From: a virus
Taxonomy: Duplodnaviria > Caudoviricetes
Reading direction: 5' to 3' (one strand)
IMG/VR virus record: IMGVR_UViG_3300031772_000118
Location: 1-37,469 of that record
DNA length: 37,469 nucleotides
The position numbers and the translations under genes were made by a program. Shown here piece by piece: positions 33,960 to 37,469 of this stretch. The stretch's first letter is position 1. Every line of letters begins with the position of its first letter. The notes under the pieces are model-generated. The model searched no databases, was not told the DNA's origin, and saw only the letters and a program-made list of their open reading frames with translations.

Positions 33960-36467
33960 ATGAATTTATTTGAGTTGGGCGCTATATTAGGTTTAGACAC
34001 TACTAAATTCAATGATGGGCTTGACGATGCAGAAAAAAAGTCAAATAAAAGCGGAGGTCAGATAGGCAGCGCAATAAACAAAGGTATGAAAGTAGTAACG
34101 GGTGCTTTAGTCGTAGGCGCGACCGGGTCAATAGCTTTTGGAAGTAATTTTGAAAGCTCTATGTCACAAGTTGCAGCAACGATGGGAATAACAGCGGATA
34201 AAAGCAATAAGGATTTCAAGATATTAAGTGATGCAGCTAAAAACGCAGGTTCAACAACTAAATTTAGTGCAAGTGAAGCGAGTGACGCTTTAAACTTCTT
34301 AGCACTAGCGGGGTACGATGCAAGCACTGCTGCTTCAACACTTCCAACTGTCTTAAATTTGGCTAGTGCGGGAGGTTTAGACCTTGCTTATGCCTCAGAT
34401 TTGGTTACAGATAGCATGAGTGCGTTAGGACTGCAAACTTCTGATGCTAATAAGTTTGTCGATGAACTCGCTAAGACTTCACAAAAATCAAATACTGACG
34501 TGGGACAGCTTGGGGAAGCTATACTAACGGTAGGGGGAACTGCAAAAACTCTAGCTGGTGGTACTGTCGAACTAAACACACAATTGGGTATTCTTGCTGA
34601 TAACGGAATAAAAGGAGCAGAAGGAGGAACGGCTCTAAGAAATATAATACTTTCATTATCAGCACCGACTGACGCAGCTGCACTCGCGATGAAAAACATG
34701 GGACTAGAAGTACACGACGCTAACGGAAATATGAGGAGTACAAACGATATATTCACAGACTTAGATGGAATATTATCAACTATGACACAAAAAGAACAGA
34801 CAGAAGTTTTGAACACTATATTTAACAAAGTTGACTTGAAAAGTGCCAATGCACTACTAGCGGGGAGTGGAGATAGATTTAGAGAATTGAGTGGTCACAT
34901 AACAGACTCGGACGGTGCAGCACATGGAATGGCTGACACGATGTCTAACAATTTAGCGGGTTCATTCAAGAATTTCATGTCTAAAGTTGAAAGTTTAGGG
35001 ATAGCTATTTATGAAAAATTTCAAGTCCCTCTTACTAATGCAGTGAATAAAGGAATAGAAGTGCTAGGAGACATTACAGCTAAGTTTGAGAATGGAGATT
35101 TAGAGGGTACAATAACTGGAATAGGAGTTTCAGTTGGGATTCTTACGGGGTTATTTGTCTCATTGAAAGCGGTTCAAATAGGTCAAGCGGTATTAACTTG
35201 GATAGCTAACTTTGTTAGTTTAGCATCTACACAGGGTATTGTCACTGCTGCGCAGTGGGCTTTAAATATTGCTATGACTGCAAACCCAATAGGAATTATA
35301 ATAGTGGCAATCGGCGCTTTAATAGGTGCTTTAGTAGCGTTATTTGTTTTCAATGAAGATTTTAAGAACATGGTAATAGGAGCATGGGAAGCTATAAAAG
35401 AAGCGGGTGTTTTTGTTTGGGATTGGTTAGTCAAGACTTTCACTGAAACAATACCTCAAGCTTTTACTGATATGTATGTTTGGTTTACAGAATTACCTAG
35501 CAAGATAGGAGAGTGGTTCAATCAAGCTTGGGAGAAAACTAAGCAATGGGGAATAGATATGTGGAATAGTGCTATCGAAACTGGTACTAACTTCATTAAT
35601 TCAATTGTCGAATTCTTTCAAACATTACCCGAGAGAGTCGGAGAATTCATAGGTTACACACTTACAAAAATAGTTGTTTGGAGTATTGAAATGTGGGCTA
35701 AAGCTAGAGAGATGGCTAGTAAGTTTGTAGAAAATGTAATAACGTTTTTCAAGGAATTGCCCGGTAAAATATGGACTTGGGTTACAAATACTTATAATAA
35801 AGTTGTAACTTGGGGAAGTAATATGTTGGCTAAAGCTAGGGAAACAGGAAGTCGATTTGTAGAAAATGTAATAAACTTCTTCAAAGAGTTACCTGGTAAA
35901 ATATGGACTTGGCTATCAAACACAATACAAAAAGCAGCAACTTTTGTTACAGAAATGGGGAATAAAGCTAAAGAAGCTGGGAGAGAATTTACAAAGTTCA
36001 TAGTCGATGGAGTGAAAGGCTTACCTGACAAATTTTTTAGCATAGGTTCAGATATTGTAAAAGGTGTTTGGAATGGTATAACTGGTATGGGAAAATGGCT
36101 TACAGACAAGGTTAGTGGGTTTTTCGGTGGTATAGTAAGTGGCGCTAAAAAGGCTCTAGGGATACATTCTCCTTCTAGGGTTTTCAGGGATGTCATAGGT
36201 AAACAGATTCCGGCCGGAGTTGAGGTTGGAATTGAACAAGGTATGCCGGGACTAGAGAGAACTTTAGACAAAGAAATGTTTGGGCTTACACAAGGCTATG
36301 ACTTTAACGCTAATATGAGCCAAACAGGACAAAATACACCTAAAGATGTTAAAATAGAATTAAGAATAGAGAACTTTGTGAACAATACAAAGGCTGATAT
36401 TGAAGAGATAACAGAACAAATTGCTTTCTCTATTGAAAAGAAAAGATATGCACTAGGAGGTATATAA
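33960..36467 (+). CDS. Tape measure protein (TP901 family core)
   Basis: FESSMSQV.ATMG, TKFSASEA..AL..LALAG, GIKGAEGGTALRN, ANPIG TM region, W/F-periodic repeats, LGIHSPSRVF. Confidence 0.95.
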   Translation: MNLFELGAILGLDTTKFNDGLDDAEKKSNKSGGQIGSAINKGMKVVTGALVVGATGSIAFGSNFESSMSQVAATMGITADKSNKDFKILSDAAKNAGSTTKFSASEASDALNFLALAGYDASTAASTLPTVLNLASAGGLDLAYASDLVTDSMSALGLQTSDANKFVDELAKTSQKSNTDVGQLGEAILTVGGTAKTLAGGTVELNTQLGILADNGIKGAEGGTALRNIILSLSAPTDAAALAMKNMGLEVHDANGNMRSTNDIFTDLDGILSTMTQKEQTEVLNTIFNKVDLKSANALLAGSGDRFRELSGHITDSDGAAHGMADTMSNNLAGSFKNFMSKVESLGIAIYEKFQVPLTNAVNKGIEVLGDITAKFENGDLEGTITGIGVSVGILTGLFVSLKAVQIGQAVLTWIANFVSLASTQGIVTAAQWALNIAMTANPIGIIIVAIGALIGALVALFVFNEDFKNMVIGAWEAIKEAGVFVWDWLVKTFTETIPQAFTDMYVWFTELPSKIGEWFNQAWEKTKQWGIDMWNSAIETGTNFINSIVEFFQTLPERVGEFIGYTLTKIVVWSIEMWAKAREMASKFVENVITFFKELPGKIWTWVTNTYNKVVTWGSNMLAKARETGSRFVENVINFFKELPGKIWTWLSNTIQKAATFVTEMGNKAKEAGREFTKFIVDGVKGLPDKFFSIGSDIVKGVWNGITGMGKWLTDKVSGFFGGIVSGAKKALGIHSPSRVFRDVIGKQIPAGVEVGIEQGMPGLERTLDKEMFGLTQGYDFNANMSQTGQNTPKDVKIELRIENFVNNTKADIEEITEQIAFSIEKKRYALGGI

Positions 36468-36841
36468 TGATTAGTTTTACTTATAACAATATCAATAGTA
36501 GAGATATAGGACTTTTAGTAGTTGATAGTGACCATACTAGAGGATTTAATAAAGATTTAGAATTTGTAAAGGTGCCGGGCAAAACTGGTGACCTTATCAT
36601 AGACAATAAGACTTATTCAAATAAATCTATAACAACTAATTGTAAGATAAAATATAAATATCCAGTAAGCGAACTTATAAAAACACTTGAAAACTGGTTA
36701 CAATCAGATAGTAATTATAAGAAATTAGAATATAGTGATGGAATTATAGTAGAAGCAGTGTGCTATGAAGTTTTAGAAGTTATTAAAATAGCAGAAGGTT
36801 TCTATAGTGTGAGTATTAAATTTAATTCAAAGAAGGTGTAG
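36467..36841 (+). CDS. Distal tail protein (Dit), short form
   Basis: FTYNNINS.D.GL and VPGKTGDL motifs; lies between the tape measure and Tal genes. Confidence 0.75.
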   Translation: MISFTYNNINSRDIGLLVVDSDHTRGFNKDLEFVKVPGKTGDLIIDNKTYSNKSITTNCKIKYKYPVSELIKTLENWLQSDSNYKKLEYSDGIIVEAVCYEVLEVIKIAEGFYSVSIKFNSKKV

Positions 36842-36843
36842 TT

Positions 36844-37469
36844 ATGGATTTAAAGGTGTTAGATGGAAAAGGTAAAGAGTTGGGGGTATTAACTTCTACT
36901 CTCAATGCTTTTGTTACAGAAGAAAGAAACGGAATGTTTGAACTAGAGTTAGAGCATTTGGTGAATAAAGCTGGATATGAACATTTAGTTAGAGGAAATA
37001 TAATAGTCTGCAATACTAGTGATACTATTAAAAATCAGCAATTCAGAATATACAGAGCGTCGAAAGCGATGGCAGGTAGGGTTGTTGTTAACGCAAGGCA
37101 TATAAGTTTTGACTTGGCTAAAGACGTTACTGAAGGCTTAGATATTAAGAATCAGTCGTGCGAATATGTGCTTAATCAATTATTTAGAAATTCTCAATTT
37201 TCGACAGATTACAAAGGATATTCAGATGTTATAAACGCTCAAGACTATAAAATTGGAGAAGAGAATATACTAAGAGCAATAGGCGGGGTTAAAGGCTCTA
37301 TCTTAGATACGTTCGGAACTGGTGCAGAGTTATTGAGGGATAACAAGACCATAAGTGTTCTAAACAGAAGAGGGCGTGATAATGGTGTTACAATAGAATA
37401 TGCCAAAAACTTAACTGGATTCAATTTAACGCTAGATGATAGCAACTTAATAACTAGAATAAAAGCGTT
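36844..37469 (+). CDS. Tail tip (Tal-like) protein, N-terminal part (continues at 3-2405; missing from the ORF track)
   Basis: ATG 36844 after aaggtg; MDLKVLD..VTEERNGMFELEL..QQFRIYR..ARHISFDL..GSILDTFG; open to the contig end. Confidence 0.9.
   Translation, partial: MDLKVLDGKGKELGVLTSTLNAFVTEERNGMFELELEHLVNKAGYEHLVRGNIIVCNTSDTIKNQQFRIYRASKAMAGRVVVNARHISFDLAKDVTEGLDIKNQSCEYVLNQLFRNSQFSTDYKGYSDVINAQDYKIGEENILRAIGGVKGSILDTFGTGAELLRDNKTISVLNRRGRDNGVTIEYAKNLTGFNLTLDDSNLITRIKA
37343..37469. repeat. 127-bp terminal direct repeat (copy of 1-127)
   Basis: Identical to the start of the window. Confidence 0.95.

Noticed and set aside
35720-35915. Internal duplication in the tape measure gene (FVENV..FFKELPGKIWTW twice)
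   Set aside because: This is ordinary tape-measure repeat architecture.

Overview
This window is an apparently complete, circular, low-GC siphovirus genome of about 37.3 kb. The host is probably a Clostridium-like Firmicute, inferred from gene families and sigmaA-type promoters. The first 127 nt are repeated at 37343-37469, so the contig is circular and is opened inside the tail-tip gene. Almost all genes are on the + strand. The order is: tail tip/receptor-binding protein, lysis genes (amidase, holin, XhlA-like) interrupted by AntA antirepressor cassettes, two solenoid-repeat proteins that share a C-terminal domain, a Bro-N/RusA-like fusion, a six-gene Gln/Met/Cys-rich plus ferritin-like module, ERF/SSB recombination genes, a sporulation-type sigma factor, a PAPS-reductase-family protein, a Zn-finger/SF2-helicase replication protein, then terminase, portal, tRNA-Cys, head and tail genes. 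I found no integrase or CI-type repressor. Five observations stand out. (1) The large terminase has a 6-nt insert with an in-frame TAG inside its Walker A motif (CCT CCG TAG CCA CGA); a Pro-to-Pro ribosomal hop would restore the consensus exactly. (2) An ORF-less 253-nt group I intron with clear P1/P10/P7 pairings splits the HK97-gp10-like gene. (3) Three dispersed ~130-bp elements have invariant, 43-bp-phased motif spacing and are candidate replication origins. (4) A silent AntA variant cassette is bracketed by direct repeats next to an intact AntA gene. (5) The uncharacterised Cys-rich/ferritin-like operon may modulate the host or spore. All calls come from reading the sequence and recalling family motifs; no searches were run.
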